Shown in pieces: positions 1 through 9,337 of a DNA stretch of 64,000 nucleotides. Numbering within the stretch: position 1 is the first letter of the stretch; each line of letters opens with the position of its first letter. The position numbers and the translations under genes are program-made. The notes beneath the pieces were generated by a model. It had not been told where the DNA came from, ran no database searches, and saw nothing but the letters and a program-made list of their open reading frames with translations. The stretch lies in sequence record ON529851.1, one strand, 5' to 3'.

Positions 1-2799
1 GGTGCTGTCGTCGAGCGGGTTGGCGCTGAGCGCCAGACCTTGCGGGACTTCGGCGATCACCTTGCGCTCCACCTTCGAGTTGGTGTTCTCGGCGCGGCGC
101 GGCGTCGTCGAGCGGTAGTAGTAGAGGCTCTTCAGCGGCGCGCCTTCGCCGTCGGGGTCCCAGGCCATGTAGTGGACCTCGGTGGCGTAACCGGCGTCGG
201 CGTCGTGCGGGAAGGCCAGGTTGATCGACTGCGCCTGGTCGATCTCGCCCTGACGGTCACGGGCGTGCTGGACGACCCAGCGCATGTCCAGTTCCGTGAA
301 GGTCTTGAACACGGCGCGGACGTGTTCCCAGTCGTCGGCGTCCACGAAGGTGCCGAAGATGTCGTAGACCGCCGGCTCGCCCAGCTTCTCGATGCGGATG
401 CCCAGGTTCTGGATCGACCCTTCGTCCGCGACGATGGCTTTCCAGACTTCGGCCGTGTCCAGGTTCCGCTTGCGCAGTTCACGGATCAGGAAGGGGTTCT
501 TGACCGCGAAGGACCCCGACAGGGTCTTCTGGAGGTAGGCGTTGGCGCGCCACGGCTCGACCGACGGCGAGGTGTTGCCGCACAGGATCGAGGACGAGGC
601 GTTCGGGGCGATCGCCAGCTTGTGCGCAAAGCGCTCGCCGGTGCCGGCCATGTCCGGCGCCTCGCCGCGCTCGGCGCCGAGGTCCAGCGACGCCTGGTCG
701 GCGTCCGCGCGGATGTGGCGGAAAATCAGCTTGTTGATCTCACGCGCCGCATTCGATTCGAACGCGATCATCTTGCGCTGGAGCAGGGCGTGGAAGCCCA
801 GCAGGCCCAGGCCCACCGACCGCTCCTGGGTCGCCGAATAGACCGCATAGGCCAGTTCCGGCGGCGCATCGTTGATGAAGACCTCCAGGCAGTTGTCGAG
901 CATCCGCATCAGGTCGGGGATGAACTCCGGCACGGTGCTCCACTCGGGGTACTTCTCGCCGTTCACCGACGACAGGCAGCAGACGGCGGTGCGCTTGGCG
1001 CCGGTGTCGTCGCGGCCGGTCGCCAGGGTGATCTCGGTGCAGTTGCCGGTCAGGACGCCGTTGAAGACGCCGCGCGAACGCTGGGACTCGGTGAAGCAGA
1101 AGGTGTCCGACTTCCAGGCCAGGGGCTGGACATCGACGACGACCGGCAGCGGCGTCAGCTTGCCGATGTGATCTTCCGGCAAACGTGACTCCTGCTTGAC
1201 CAGCAGGCCCTTGTTCGCCAGGCGATGCACGTCATAGACGTTCAGCATGAAGCCGGCGCCGGTGTCGGTGATGCGCACGCGCGGGGTCAGCCCGGCTTCG
1301 AGCGCCGCCAGGCGCATCTCGCGCACCAGATCAGCGTCAGCCGTCGCGACCGACAGATAGTCCCGGAACCCGGTGGCGTCCGCCTGCTCCAGTTCGATCC
1401 ACTCGCCGGCGGCGTCCATGACGCCGGCGAACCAGGCCAGACGGGCGTCCTGCGACCAGCGCAGCGGCGCGCGGCCCGACGGGATCGTCTGGGGCTCGAA
1501 GCGGATATAGAGGCCTTCCGCGACCGTGTCGGCCTGGGAGTCCACCGACACCGACAACAGGCGCTTGAGCACGCCCACATCGGTTTCACGCGCGAACACC
1601 GACAGACGGTTCTTGTCTTCGAAACCGGTGAAGGTGGCGTAGCCCGCCGTATAGGCGGTGTCGATCGAATGGTCAGCGTCGTTCGGGTTGACGACGGTCG
1701 GGTGGTGAGCCGGCTCCAGGCGCAGGCCCGCCGTCAGTTCGCCGGCGCGCTTCAGGCCTTCGGTGGTGTAGAACTTGTGGTGGGGCGTGCAGTCGAGGTG
1801 CGAACCGTCCTCGAACCAGACGCGCACCAGTTCCTGGGCCGTGCCGGTCTGCTCGACCGTGGTGACGCTCCAGTCCTCGCCGTTCCAGACCTCGACCTGC
1901 TGGCCCTTGAGGGCGCCGATCGGCGCATAGCCGTCGCGCGTCAGGATTTCCGTCTGCGGCGTGACGCACAGGTTGGACTGGTTGACGCGAAGGCCCTTGG
2001 CCTTCTGCGTTGCCGGCAGGGCGGCGTTGGCGTGGTCGACGAAGAACAGATAGGGCTCGCCCGTCTGCTTGCGCGTCTCGATGATCAGGCGCCACAGCGC
2101 TCGGGCGTCCACCGTCTCGGTGACCGCCTTGGTCTTGGGATCGACCAGATCGAACGCGCCTTCATCGGCGACGGCCCGCATGAACTCGTCGGTGATGCAG
2201 ACGGCGTTGTGCAGGTTGGTGAACTTGCGGTTCTCGTCGCCGCCGGTCGGCTTGCGGCCGGTGATGAACTCGACCACCTCGGGGTGGCTGATGTCCAGAT
2301 AGGCCGCATAGGAGCCGCGACGGGTCCCGCCCTGGCTGACCGACAGGATCAGGCGATCGACGGTGGCGATGAAGGGCACCACGCCGGTCGAGGCCGAGCC
2401 CTTGGAGGTCTTGGCGCCGTTCGAACGCAGGCCGCCCCAGTAGCCGCCGACGCCGCCGCCGACCGACGACAGCCAGCCCGTCTCGGCCCAGTGGTCGAAG
2501 ATGCCGGCGCGGCTGTCTTCGGCGGTGGTCAGGAAGCAGGAGATCGGCAGGCCGCGATCCGTGCCGCCGTTCGACAGCAGCGGCGTCGCGAACATGAACC
2601 AGCCCTGCGAGACGTAGTCGTACAGGCGCTGCGCATGGGCCTCGTCGTCGGCGAAGGCCGCCGAAGCGCGTGCAAAAGCTTCCTGGGGCGAGGTCTCGCC
2701 AGGGATCAGGTAACGGTCCCGGAACGTCTGGAGGGTGAATTCATCGAACACCTCGTCACGCGTGAGATTAAGGCGAATAGACGAGCGGTCGACAGACAT
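1..2799 (-). CDS. nrdA: Class I ribonucleotide reductase alpha subunit (alphaproteobacterial type), intein-containing; 3' end runs off the left edge of the window
   Basis: Translated by hand; it is missing from the ORF track because there is no stop inside the window. ATG at 2799 gives MSVDRSSIRL...FMFATPLLSNGGTDRGLPISCFL...NQSNL[intein]CTEITL...LGLLGFH...LAIAPNASSSI...QAQSINL...LKSLYYYRS. These are canonical NrdA motifs. Confidence 0.95.
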   Translation of the reverse strand, partial: MSVDRSSIRLNLTRDEVFDEFTLQTFRDRYLIPGETSPQEAFARASAAFADDEAHAQRLYDYVSQGWFMFATPLLSNGGTDRGLPISCFLTTAEDSRAGIFDHWAETGWLSSVGGGVGGYWGGLRSNGAKTSKGSASTGVVPFIATVDRLILSVSQGGTRRGSYAAYLDISHPEVVEFITGRKPTGGDENRKFTNLHNAVCITDEFMRAVADEGAFDLVDPKTKAVTETVDARALWRLIIETRKQTGEPYLFFVDHANAALPATQKAKGLRVNQSNLCVTPQTEILTRDGYAPIGALKGQQVEVWNGEDWSVTTVEQTGTAQELVRVWFEDGSHLDCTPHHKFYTTEGLKRAGELTAGLRLEPAHHPTVVNPNDADHSIDTAYTAGYATFTGFEDKNRLSVFARETDVGVLKRLLSVSVDSQADTVAEGLYIRFEPQTIPSGRAPLRWSQDARLAWFAGVMDAAGEWIELEQADATGFRDYLSVATADADLVREMRLAALEAGLTPRVRITDTGAGFMLNVYDVHRLANKGLLVKQESRLPEDHIGKLTPLPVVVDVQPLAWKSDTFCFTESQRSRGVFNGVLTGNCTEITLATGRDDTGAKRTAVCCLSSVNGEKYPEWSTVPEFIPDLMRMLDNCLEVFINDAPPELAYAVYSATQERSVGLGLLGFHALLQRKMIAFESNAAREINKLIFRHIRADADQASLDLGAERGEAPDMAGTGERFAHKLAIAPNASSSILCGNTSPSVEPWRANAYLQKTLSGSFAVKNPFLIRELRKRNLDTAEVWKAIVADEGSIQNLGIRIEKLGEPAVYDIFGTFVDADDWEHVRAVFKTFTELDMRWVVQHARDRQGEIDQAQSINLAFPHDADAGYATEVHYMAWDPDGEGAPLKSLYYYRSTTPRRAENTNSKVERKVIAEVPQGLALSANPLDDST
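1042..1968 (-). mobile_element. Intein (309 aa) inserted at the NrdA catalytic cysteine (QSNL|CTEI), with a degenerate LAGLIDADG-type endonuclease region
   Basis: Starts CVTPQTEILTRDGY (block A), has LDCTPHHKF (block B) and ends TFCFTESQRSRGVFNGVLTGN followed by C+1. The internal AYTAGYATFTG and AWFAGVMDAAG resemble decayed LAGLIDADG motifs. 927 nt, in frame. Confidence 0.93.
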
Positions 2800-2878
2800 A
2801 GGCGTTTCCGTAGAAAAGGCTCTGCCCAGCAAAAAGTGCTGTCTAAACAGAGCCTTAGAGATTTAGTGAAAGGTGGTC

Positions 2879-2907
2879 ACTCTATCGAGAAACCGGCTGA
2901 TTGTCAA
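2879..2907 (-). promoter_or_regulatory. Sigma70-like promoter upstream of nrdA
   Basis: Minus strand TTGACA-N17-TAGAGT in an AT-richer intergenic gap. Confidence 0.65.
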
Positions 2908-2970
2908 TTATTACGGCAGTCAGTTAGGGAGATTGATTCCTTGACAGGCACTCATCCCGAAACGTGACTC

Positions 2971-3192
2971 CTACTCGTCCGCGTACTTCAGATTGGCCGC
3001 GCGCAGGATGTCCCTGACATTGCACAGCTTTCCATCCAGGGTGTAGCCCAGCTTGGTCTCTTTCATGCGCGGACCGAGGATCGCCTGGGCGATCTCCATC
3101 AGCGGCGGCGGATCATTGAAGGGCACCACGGGGTGATTGTCCTCGCGCGGCAGGCGCTTGGACAGCTTCTCGTTGACGGGTTTGCGAGCCAT
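2971..3192 (-). CDS. Hypothetical protein (73 aa)
   Basis: ORF track; tightly packed with minus-strand neighbours. Confidence 0.7.
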   Translation of the reverse strand: MARKPVNEKLSKRLPREDNHPVVPFNDPPPLMEIAQAILGPRMKETKLGYTLDGKLCNVRDILRAANLKYADE

Positions 3193-3195
3193 AGG

Positions 3196-3477
3196 CTAGG
3201 CGGCTCCTTTACAGGTCTGGGGGTGGGCGTTGTCCGGGACGACGCAGACGCGTTCGGTGCGAACGCAGATTTGGCGCGGGTGATCGACGGCGATCCATTG
3301 ACCCTGGATCAGGCGGCGCACCTGGCCCGGCTCCGTGCGGTAGGCGGCGCAGGTCGTCTCCCAGTACGGCCGGGGCTTGACCACCCCGACCGCCTTGGTG
3401 ATTTCATAAACGCCGCCCAGCGCGCCCGCGAGGACCACGCACCAGAACGCAATGCGAATCTGGGTGATGACCCGCAT
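3196..3477 (-). CDS. Hypothetical protein with N-terminal hydrophobic helix (93 aa)
   Basis: IAFWCVVLAGALGGVY; abuts its neighbours. Confidence 0.65.
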   Translation of the reverse strand: MRVITQIRIAFWCVVLAGALGGVYEITKAVGVVKPRPYWETTCAAYRTEPGQVRRLIQGQWIAVDHPRQICVRTERVCVVPDNAHPQTCKGAA

Positions 3478-3902
3478 CAGGCGCCGCGCACCCGGTCGTG
3501 GTGGGAGGTCTGGATCGGGCAGGGCGCCGTGATCTTGACCTTGGTGACCCGATGGGGCGGATAGTGGACCAGCACATGGGGCTGGTTCGTCTGGACCGAG
3601 CGATAGCCCGTTGCGACGATGGCCGAGGCGTGCTCGCGCGCGGCCTGCATCGACGGCAGATCATAGTCGTAGACGACGCCGTCGTCGATGTAGACCGAGA
3701 CGATCCAGTTCTGTCGAATCGCGCCGCCGCCGCTGGCCGTGCCGCCGGCGCCTTGATAGACGTCGCGGGGCACGGCGCTGCCGCCGCCAAGGGTGGAGAC
3801 CGCCGCTTCGCCGCCGCCCACGACGACCGGGACGTCGGCGGCGGACGCGTAGGGCCGCCCGGCGGCGTCTTCGCGGTCCATGCCCAGGAAACCGGGGCTC
3901 AC
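3477..3902 (-). CDS. Hypothetical protein (141 aa)
   Basis: ORF track; 1-nt overlap with the downstream gene. Confidence 0.6.
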   Translation of the reverse strand: MSPGFLGMDREDAAGRPYASAADVPVVVGGGEAAVSTLGGGSAVPRDVYQGAGGTASGGGAIRQNWIVSVYIDDGVVYDYDLPSMQAAREHASAIVATGYRSVQTNQPHVLVHYPPHRVTKVKITAPCPIQTSHHDRVRGA

Positions 3903-3905
3903 GCC

Positions 3906-4280
3906 CTAGCCCTCGACGGTCGAGACGGCCCCGGCCAGGGCTTCGTCGGCGGCGTCCGCGACCGCGTCTTCGTCCGCGCCGGCTTCAAGCTGACGGGTGA
4001 CGTCGCGCAGGGTCTCGTTGACCAGGTTGACGGCGCTGCGGAAGTCTTCCGGCTGCGTCTGGATGATGTTCGACACCGCCAGGGCGATCACGTCGACGAT
4101 CGACACCGGGAACGACTTGTCCGGGTAGAGTTCGTTCATCTTGGCGCCGTGCAGGCCGAGGCCGACGGTGAAACCGCCGCCGGGGGCTTCGGTCAGGGTG
4201 ATGATGGACTTGGGGGCTTCGGTCATGGCGGACTTCTTGGCTTGACGGCGCTGGAGGCGCGACTTGGAGGCGGTGGTCAT
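3906..4280 (-). CDS. Hypothetical protein (124 aa)
   Basis: ORF track; protein-like composition with an acidic C-terminus. Confidence 0.7.
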   Translation of the reverse strand: MTTASKSRLQRRQAKKSAMTEAPKSIITLTEAPGGGFTVGLGLHGAKMNELYPDKSFPVSIVDVIALAVSNIIQTQPEDFRSAVNLVNETLRDVTRQLEAGADEDAVADAADEALAGAVSTVEG

Positions 4281-4292
4281 GGGGACCCTCGG

Positions 4293-4595
4293 TTAGGCTG
4301 CGGGCGGCTCGTCGTCGCGCCGCAGCAGGTGTTGGATGCGGTTGGCCGCGTCGACCTCGTTGATCGAGCCCGACGCCAGCAGTTCATCCATGCGGTCAGC
4401 GATCAGCCCCTCTTCGTCGAGGGACAGGACCGCCAGGAGGTAAAGACCGGCCAGAGAGACGTGCTTGCGAATGTCCGGCCGCTCGGGGAGGTTGACGATC
4501 AGTTCCACGTCCGCTTCTTCGTCGTCGCCGATGTCGAAGAGGTTGAGCGTATATTGCCGCAGCGAAAACAGATCGGCGGTGGAAGAAGAGGTCAT
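4293..4595 (-). CDS. Hypothetical protein (~100 aa)
   Basis: ATG at 4595 (MTSSSTADLF) chosen within ORF 4293..4637. Confidence 0.65.
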   Translation of the reverse strand: MTSSSTADLFSLRQYTLNLFDIGDDEEADVELIVNLPERPDIRKHVSLAGLYLLAVLSLDEEGLIADRMDELLASGSINEVDAANRIQHLLRRDDEPPAA

Positions 4596-4677
4596 GACCG
4601 GCGGGCTCCAGATCGTCATTGCCGTAATTGTTGGCAATCAATGTCACGATGGCTGACGCCGGTCAACGCGGTTTGAC

Positions 4678-4947
4678 CTAAGAAACCCTGCTGGTTGAGG
4701 CGGTTGAGCCGAAACGCGCAGGAGGGTGCGGCAGCGGCGTCCACCATTCGTGGTAGCCCGGCCAGCCGCCCAGATCGACCACGGTGGTGAAGTCGCCGAT
4801 CGACAGTTCGTAGCCCCGCCCCTGACACAGGGGCGAGCCGACATAGGGCGCCTCGGAAACCGGGTTGGTCCACCACAGGACGTCGCCCATGTCCTCGTGC
4901 CACTCGTCGATATGGCGGGCGTCAGGGGTCGGAGGACGCGCGGTCAT
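4678..4947 (-). CDS. Hypothetical Trp-rich phage protein (~89 aa)
   Basis: IDEWHEDMGDVLWW...EAPYVGSPL...WPGYHEWWTPLP; overlaps the upstream stop (ATGA-type coupling). Confidence 0.65.
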   Translation of the reverse strand: MTARPPTPDARHIDEWHEDMGDVLWWTNPVSEAPYVGSPLCQGRGYELSIGDFTTVVDLGGWPGYHEWWTPLPHPPARFGSTASTSRVS

Positions 4948-5165
4948 GCCCATTCTCCCCGGTGCAGACGCGCGTCGCCGTATTGGCGCTCACGCGGGTC
5001 CTTGAAGATCACCTCTTCGACGCCGTGCAGCTTCCTGGCGTAGTCCGGCACGAACAGGCCGGCGAGGCTCGGATTGTCGAGCCAGGCCTGCCAGTCGGCG
5101 CGCCGGGCGTGCTCGACCAGGAACCACATCCCCTCGACCTGGGTCAGGAAGTAGTAGCCCTTCAT
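4944..5165 (-). CDS. Hypothetical protein (73 aa)
   Basis: MKGYYFLTQVEG... start coupled to the thyX stop; the longer ORF-track extension overlaps thyX. Confidence 0.65.
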   Translation of the reverse strand: MKGYYFLTQVEGMWFLVEHARRADWQAWLDNPSLAGLFVPDYARKLHGVEEVIFKDPRERQYGDARLHRGEWA

Positions 5166-6100
5166 CACAGGCACTCGTTGGGCACGAACTTGCGGAACTG
5201 GGCGAAGCCCTTGAGATTGCCCTGCACCCAGTCGGGCTCGACGTCGAAGGCGATGCGGGCCTGGTGCTCCAGGGGCGAAGCGTGCAGCGGCGTGGCGCCG
5301 GCCAGGCGCAGATAGAGGTTGAGGTCGGTGTCGATCTCGGGGCGGGCTCCGTCGTGCTTGGAATAGCTGACGCGGCAGCAGCGGGCGGTGGAGATCGCCA
5401 GCAGCAGCGCATCGACCGGCGACACGCGCTCGAACGGTCCGCCCAGGTTCTCGACGCCGCACAGGGTGTCGATGATCTGGTAGGCGAGCGGGTGACGATT
5501 GAGTTCAAGCACCACCCGCTTGGCGTCGGCGATGTCGTCTTCGGTGACATAGGGCAGATGCCAGTCGCCTTCGCGCAGCAGGCGCGGTTCGGCGTCCTGG
5601 CGCGCCTGCTTGATCGCCTGGGCCAGATGCATGATCTCGTCCTGGGCGTCGGTGTGGTCGCGCAGGGCGTCGAAGTTCGACCAGGTGGTCGAGGTGGCGA
5701 CCACCTCGATATAGCCGAACCACTCCAGCGGGCGGTTGACCCACTGCTTGTGCACGTTCAGGCCGTCCTTGGCCGCCAGCAGGCGGGTCTTCTCCAGGAC
5801 GAAGTCCGCCATTTCGCGCCAGATCGCCTCAGCCTCGGCCTGCTGGGACGGCGACAGGAAGTCGCCCGGCTGCATGCCCGGCTGATTGACCCGGAACTGC
5901 GGGACATAGATGTCGGCGTCGCGGATCGTCAGCGAGGCGTGGGGAATGGCGCGGCTCGACGAGGCGTTGCGGCTGAAGACGCGGTGCGTCATGAAGTCGG
6001 CGTGCACCATGCGCGGGTAGCGCAGTTGCAGGGTGTCGATGCGCTCGCCGTCCTCGGTGATCGAGGAGGCGATGGATTTGGCGGTGATTTGAGGAATCAT
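5165..6100 (-). CDS. thyX: FAD-dependent thymidylate synthase
   Basis: THRVFSRNASSSR matches the ThyX RHRxxSxxxxSxR signature; also LHASPLEHQA. Confidence 0.92.
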   Translation of the reverse strand: MIPQITAKSIASSITEDGERIDTLQLRYPRMVHADFMTHRVFSRNASSSRAIPHASLTIRDADIYVPQFRVNQPGMQPGDFLSPSQQAEAEAIWREMADFVLEKTRLLAAKDGLNVHKQWVNRPLEWFGYIEVVATSTTWSNFDALRDHTDAQDEIMHLAQAIKQARQDAEPRLLREGDWHLPYVTEDDIADAKRVVLELNRHPLAYQIIDTLCGVENLGGPFERVSPVDALLLAISTARCCRVSYSKHDGARPEIDTDLNLYLRLAGATPLHASPLEHQARIAFDVEPDWVQGNLKGFAQFRKFVPNECL

Positions 6101-6339
6101 TCGGAAGGCTTCCAGTCCTTGGACCAGCTTTGCTTGATCGCGGCGGTGAAGAGTTGAACGGGGCGGCTGTAGAAGTCGGCGAAGGCGTCCCAGGCGTCAC
6201 CCAGGGCGCTGGGGAGAACCCAGAGCACGGTCGGGGTCATGCCGAGCACCATCACCGGCACGGCGACGAAGATCACCGCCAGCCGGCGCAGGAAGGTGGA
6301 CCGGATGCCGCCGATCAGGCCGTTGGGACCGAGGGCCAT
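6097..6339 (-). CDS. Small membrane protein (80 aa)
   Basis: Hydrophobic LAVIFVAVPVMVLGM; 4-nt overlaps with neighbours. Confidence 0.6.
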   Translation of the reverse strand: MALGPNGLIGGIRSTFLRRLAVIFVAVPVMVLGMTPTVLWVLPSALGDAWDAFADFYSRPVQLFTAAIKQSWSKDWKPSE

Positions 6340-6959
6340 CAGAGGTCCTTGCCCGGAGCGGCGAAGGTCGCCAGCGGCACGGCGCTGGCCGGCGCCAGCA
6401 GCAGGGCGGTGTCGCGCAGGTCGCGGGCCGTGCGATCGTTGATGATCGTCATGGACACGGGCAGGAGAGGGATTTCGCGTTCCGACGCGTGGGCGCCGTA
6501 GACGTCCACGATCTTCTGATCGTCGCCGTGGTTGTTCATCTTGCGCGGGTCGGTGATGCGGATCAGCGAGGCCCCCATGGCGCGCAGCATGGCGGCCTCG
6601 TTCAGGAAGCGGCAGTCTGAGCAGACCACGCCTTCGGCGCCGTCGCGCAACAGGTCGTTGACGGTGCGCTCGAACGCCTTGACCCAGGTGTCGTCGAGGT
6701 AGCCCCGGAACATCTCGGTGCCGATCCGCTGGAGCAGTTCGCGCGGCGACTTGAACGGATAGCGATCCAGGACCGTCTCCTTCAGCACCGGGTCGAGCAT
6801 CTCGATGTAGGAGACGCCGTACACACGGTGGCAGACGTCGCGCACCGGATCGGCGAAGTTGACGTGGGCGTAGCCGTAGGTTTCGGTCAGGGCTTCGGCG
6901 GCGGTGGTCTTGCCGTGGCCGCGCAGCCCGGTGAACGCGATGATGGGGCGGGCGCTCAT
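6339..6959 (-). CDS. Deoxynucleoside monophosphate kinase
   Basis: P-loop IIAFTGLRGHGKTT, then NFADPVR, SPRELLQRIGTE, VCSDCRFLNE, HASE: the T4 gp1-like dNMP kinase pattern. Confidence 0.9.
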   Translation of the reverse strand: MSARPIIAFTGLRGHGKTTAAEALTETYGYAHVNFADPVRDVCHRVYGVSYIEMLDPVLKETVLDRYPFKSPRELLQRIGTEMFRGYLDDTWVKAFERTVNDLLRDGAEGVVCSDCRFLNEAAMLRAMGASLIRITDPRKMNNHGDDQKIVDVYGAHASEREIPLLPVSMTIINDRTARDLRDTALLLAPASAVPLATFAAPGKDL

Positions 6960-6984
6960 GGGCGCAGTCCTTTCGGGCAGGAGA

Positions 6985-8331
6985 TCAAACAAGGATTTTG
7001 AGGGTTTCGGCCGCACGGGTGATGCCGGTGTAGAGGTGCTTGTCGGCGTCCTCGCGGAAGCAGCCCGACTCGTCGATGAGCACGACATGGTCCGACTGCG
7101 AGCCCTGGAAGTTGTGCACCGTCAGCGCATAGGCCCAGTCGAGTTGGATCAGACGCTGCTTGGCGCGGTAGGCCGAGCGGCTGTCGGTCGAGAAGGAGTT
7201 CTTCTTGGTCGTGTAGTGCTCTTCGAACAGACCCTGGAACACGGCCTTGTCCATGTATTGCGCGCCGTCCTCGTCCTCGAAGGACATGCGGCAGGCGTTC
7301 TGGCCCGGCGAGAGGTTGACCTGCTCCGACAGGCAGGTCGCCAGGGCGCCGTTGACCAGCGCCGGGTGCTCCTTGGAGTTCTTGCGCACGATCAGCGGCT
7401 CGCCGCCGACCGGTCCCGAGGCCAGGCCTTCGCGATACATCCGCGTGATGCGCCAGCGCGTCCGGTTCGTGCCGCACAGCACCTGGGGCACCTCGACGTC
7501 GAGGCCCTGACGCCGCTCCGCCGCCGCCTGGATGGCGCTCTCGGGGTCATAGTCGCGGCGGCTCATGACCTCGGCGCGCACGACGCCCGAGGAATCCTTG
7601 AACTGCCCCATCGGCAGGTCCTTGCCCTGACGGGCCAGGGTGGCAAGCTGGATGATGGGGTTGTCGGCGGCCTGGCGGTGGATTTCGGTCAGGAAGAAAT
7701 CGGGGTCGCCCGCCGTCAGACCGGGCTTGTCGCCGACCGGCGGAAGCTGGCCCGGATCACCCATGGCGATGATCGGCACCTTGAACGACATCAGGTCACG
7801 CGTCATCTGGAGGCCGACCATGGAGGCCTCGTCGACGACGATCACCTTCTTGTTGGCGATCGCGCTGTCGCCGTTCAGTTGGAAGTTGATGCGGTCCTCG
7901 ACGTAGCAGTTCTCCAGATCGGCTTCGAGACGCCGGATCGTGGCCTGGACCTTGACGATCTCGGCGTGGGCGCCGCCCGACTTCAACAGGGCGTCGCGCG
8001 CGACCTGGGCGGCGTACAGTTCGTTCTCCAACTGACCCACGGGCGCCGGCTTGGCGCGGTAGATCGCCGAGTGAATCGTCGAGGCGAACGGCAGGGCGAA
8101 CTTCTGCGCCTTCAGCTTGGCGCTCATGATCTTGGCGGCCTTGCCGGTCGGCGCGCAGAAGCCGATCTCTTCCGGGCTGAAGCCCAGATCGTCCAGGATG
8201 AAGGGCAGGATGGTCGACTTACCGGTGCCCGCGAAGCCGCCGATGTAGGTGACTTCCTCCGGGTACTCGCCTTTCAGGCGGGCCGTGACGACGCGCACGG
8301 CGTCGCCCTGGTGTTCGGTAAGGGTGGTCAT
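6985..8331 (-). CDS. RecD/Dda-like SF1B helicase
   Basis: GFAGTGKS (Walker A), APTGKAA, VVDEASMV, GDPGQLPPV, LTEIHRQ, YALTVHNFQGSQ, LYTGITRA. Confidence 0.92.
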   Translation of the reverse strand: MTTLTEHQGDAVRVVTARLKGEYPEEVTYIGGFAGTGKSTILPFILDDLGFSPEEIGFCAPTGKAAKIMSAKLKAQKFALPFASTIHSAIYRAKPAPVGQLENELYAAQVARDALLKSGGAHAEIVKVQATIRRLEADLENCYVEDRINFQLNGDSAIANKKVIVVDEASMVGLQMTRDLMSFKVPIIAMGDPGQLPPVGDKPGLTAGDPDFFLTEIHRQAADNPIIQLATLARQGKDLPMGQFKDSSGVVRAEVMSRRDYDPESAIQAAAERRQGLDVEVPQVLCGTNRTRWRITRMYREGLASGPVGGEPLIVRKNSKEHPALVNGALATCLSEQVNLSPGQNACRMSFEDEDGAQYMDKAVFQGLFEEHYTTKKNSFSTDSRSAYRAKQRLIQLDWAYALTVHNFQGSQSDHVVLIDESGCFREDADKHLYTGITRAAETLKILV

Positions 8332-8462
8332 ATCCGAAAGGTGCGCCAAGGGGCCTTGGACGGGATCACACTGCGGGAGGTCGGCGGCCGTTCAGGCGCA
8401 CGCACGCTCCCCCAGTCGAGCCGACTGAGAGCGATGAAGAGGAAACGGGTGGGAGGGGAAGC

Positions 8463-8488
8463 GCCCCGCCCGGCGAACCGGGCGGGGC
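8463..8488 (-). terminator. 11-bp GC hairpin with UUCG loop downstream of the SSB-like gene
   Basis: GCCCCGCCCGG-TTCG-CCGGGCGGGGC on the minus strand; weak U-tract. Confidence 0.55.
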
Positions 8489-8503
8489 CTTCAGTCGCGT
8501 CGC

Positions 8504-9337
8504 TTAGAAGCGACGGCCACGGCCGGCGGGGGCCGCAGCGGGAGCCGCCTGCTCCTGGGTTTCAGCCGGAGCGGCGTTGGCCGAGCGGGGGGTGCCCGCC
8601 GAGGCCGGCGCGTCGCGGCGTCCGCCACGCTTGGGGGCTTCGGCGGCCGGTTCCGGCGTGGGTTCCGGAGCCGGCAGCGCCGCCTGCTGAGCCGCCGGTT
8701 CGTCAGCGACGTAGTCGTCGGCGTTGGAGCCTTCGCCTTCCTTGTAGCCGGCGAACTCGTCCTGGGTGATCCAGCCCTTGATCACGAACTTCGGCGCGTG
8801 CTTCTTGACCTTGCGGCCGCCGTCGCGGGGCTTGGCCTCGAACTCGTTGGCGCCGAGTTCGATGACCGGCACCATGCCGGGGTTGCTCTTGAACTGACGC
8901 GCGAAGTCTTTCATGACCGCTTCCAGCGCGTTCATCTTCGAGCGGTTGTTCGCCTGGAACAGCAGGGCCGGGGCGTCGCCTTCGATCGGCACGAACTCGA
9001 TCGTCTTCTGCTCCGACCAGCCGTCGTCCTGGCCGTAGGGGCCATAGTCGGGCAGCAGGTGCTTCTGCGGCGGCACGCCCTCTTCGAGGGTCATCATGAT
9101 CTCTTCCTGGACCTTGCCGTCCTTCCAGCAAATCCAGCCGCGCTTCAGCGTGCGCGGGTCCATCGCCGCCTGGGTGCCGATCTCCAGATCGGTGTCATCG
9201 GCGCCGTAGCTGTAATAGCCGTCGTTGCCGTTGAACTTCAGGAAGGCCGATCCGCCGCCACCGCCACGGTAGCTTTGGGCTTCGGCCGCGAGGGCGGCGT
9301 AATAGTCGTCCGTGGACGTAACGAGAGCGTTGCTCAT
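8504..9337 (-). CDS. Probable single-stranded DNA-binding/annealing protein
   Basis: Aromatic beta-rich N-domain (FLKFNGNDGYY, RGWICWKDG) and an acidic Ala/Pro tail; lies between an exonuclease and a helicase. Function inferred from context. Confidence 0.55.
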   Translation of the reverse strand: MSNALVTSTDDYYAALAAEAQSYRGGGGGSAFLKFNGNDGYYSYGADDTDLEIGTQAAMDPRTLKRGWICWKDGKVQEEIMMTLEEGVPPQKHLLPDYGPYGQDDGWSEQKTIEFVPIEGDAPALLFQANNRSKMNALEAVMKDFARQFKSNPGMVPVIELGANEFEAKPRDGGRKVKKHAPKFVIKGWITQDEFAGYKEGEGSNADDYVADEPAAQQAALPAPEPTPEPAAEAPKRGGRRDAPASAGTPRSANAAPAETQEQAAPAAAPAGRGRRF

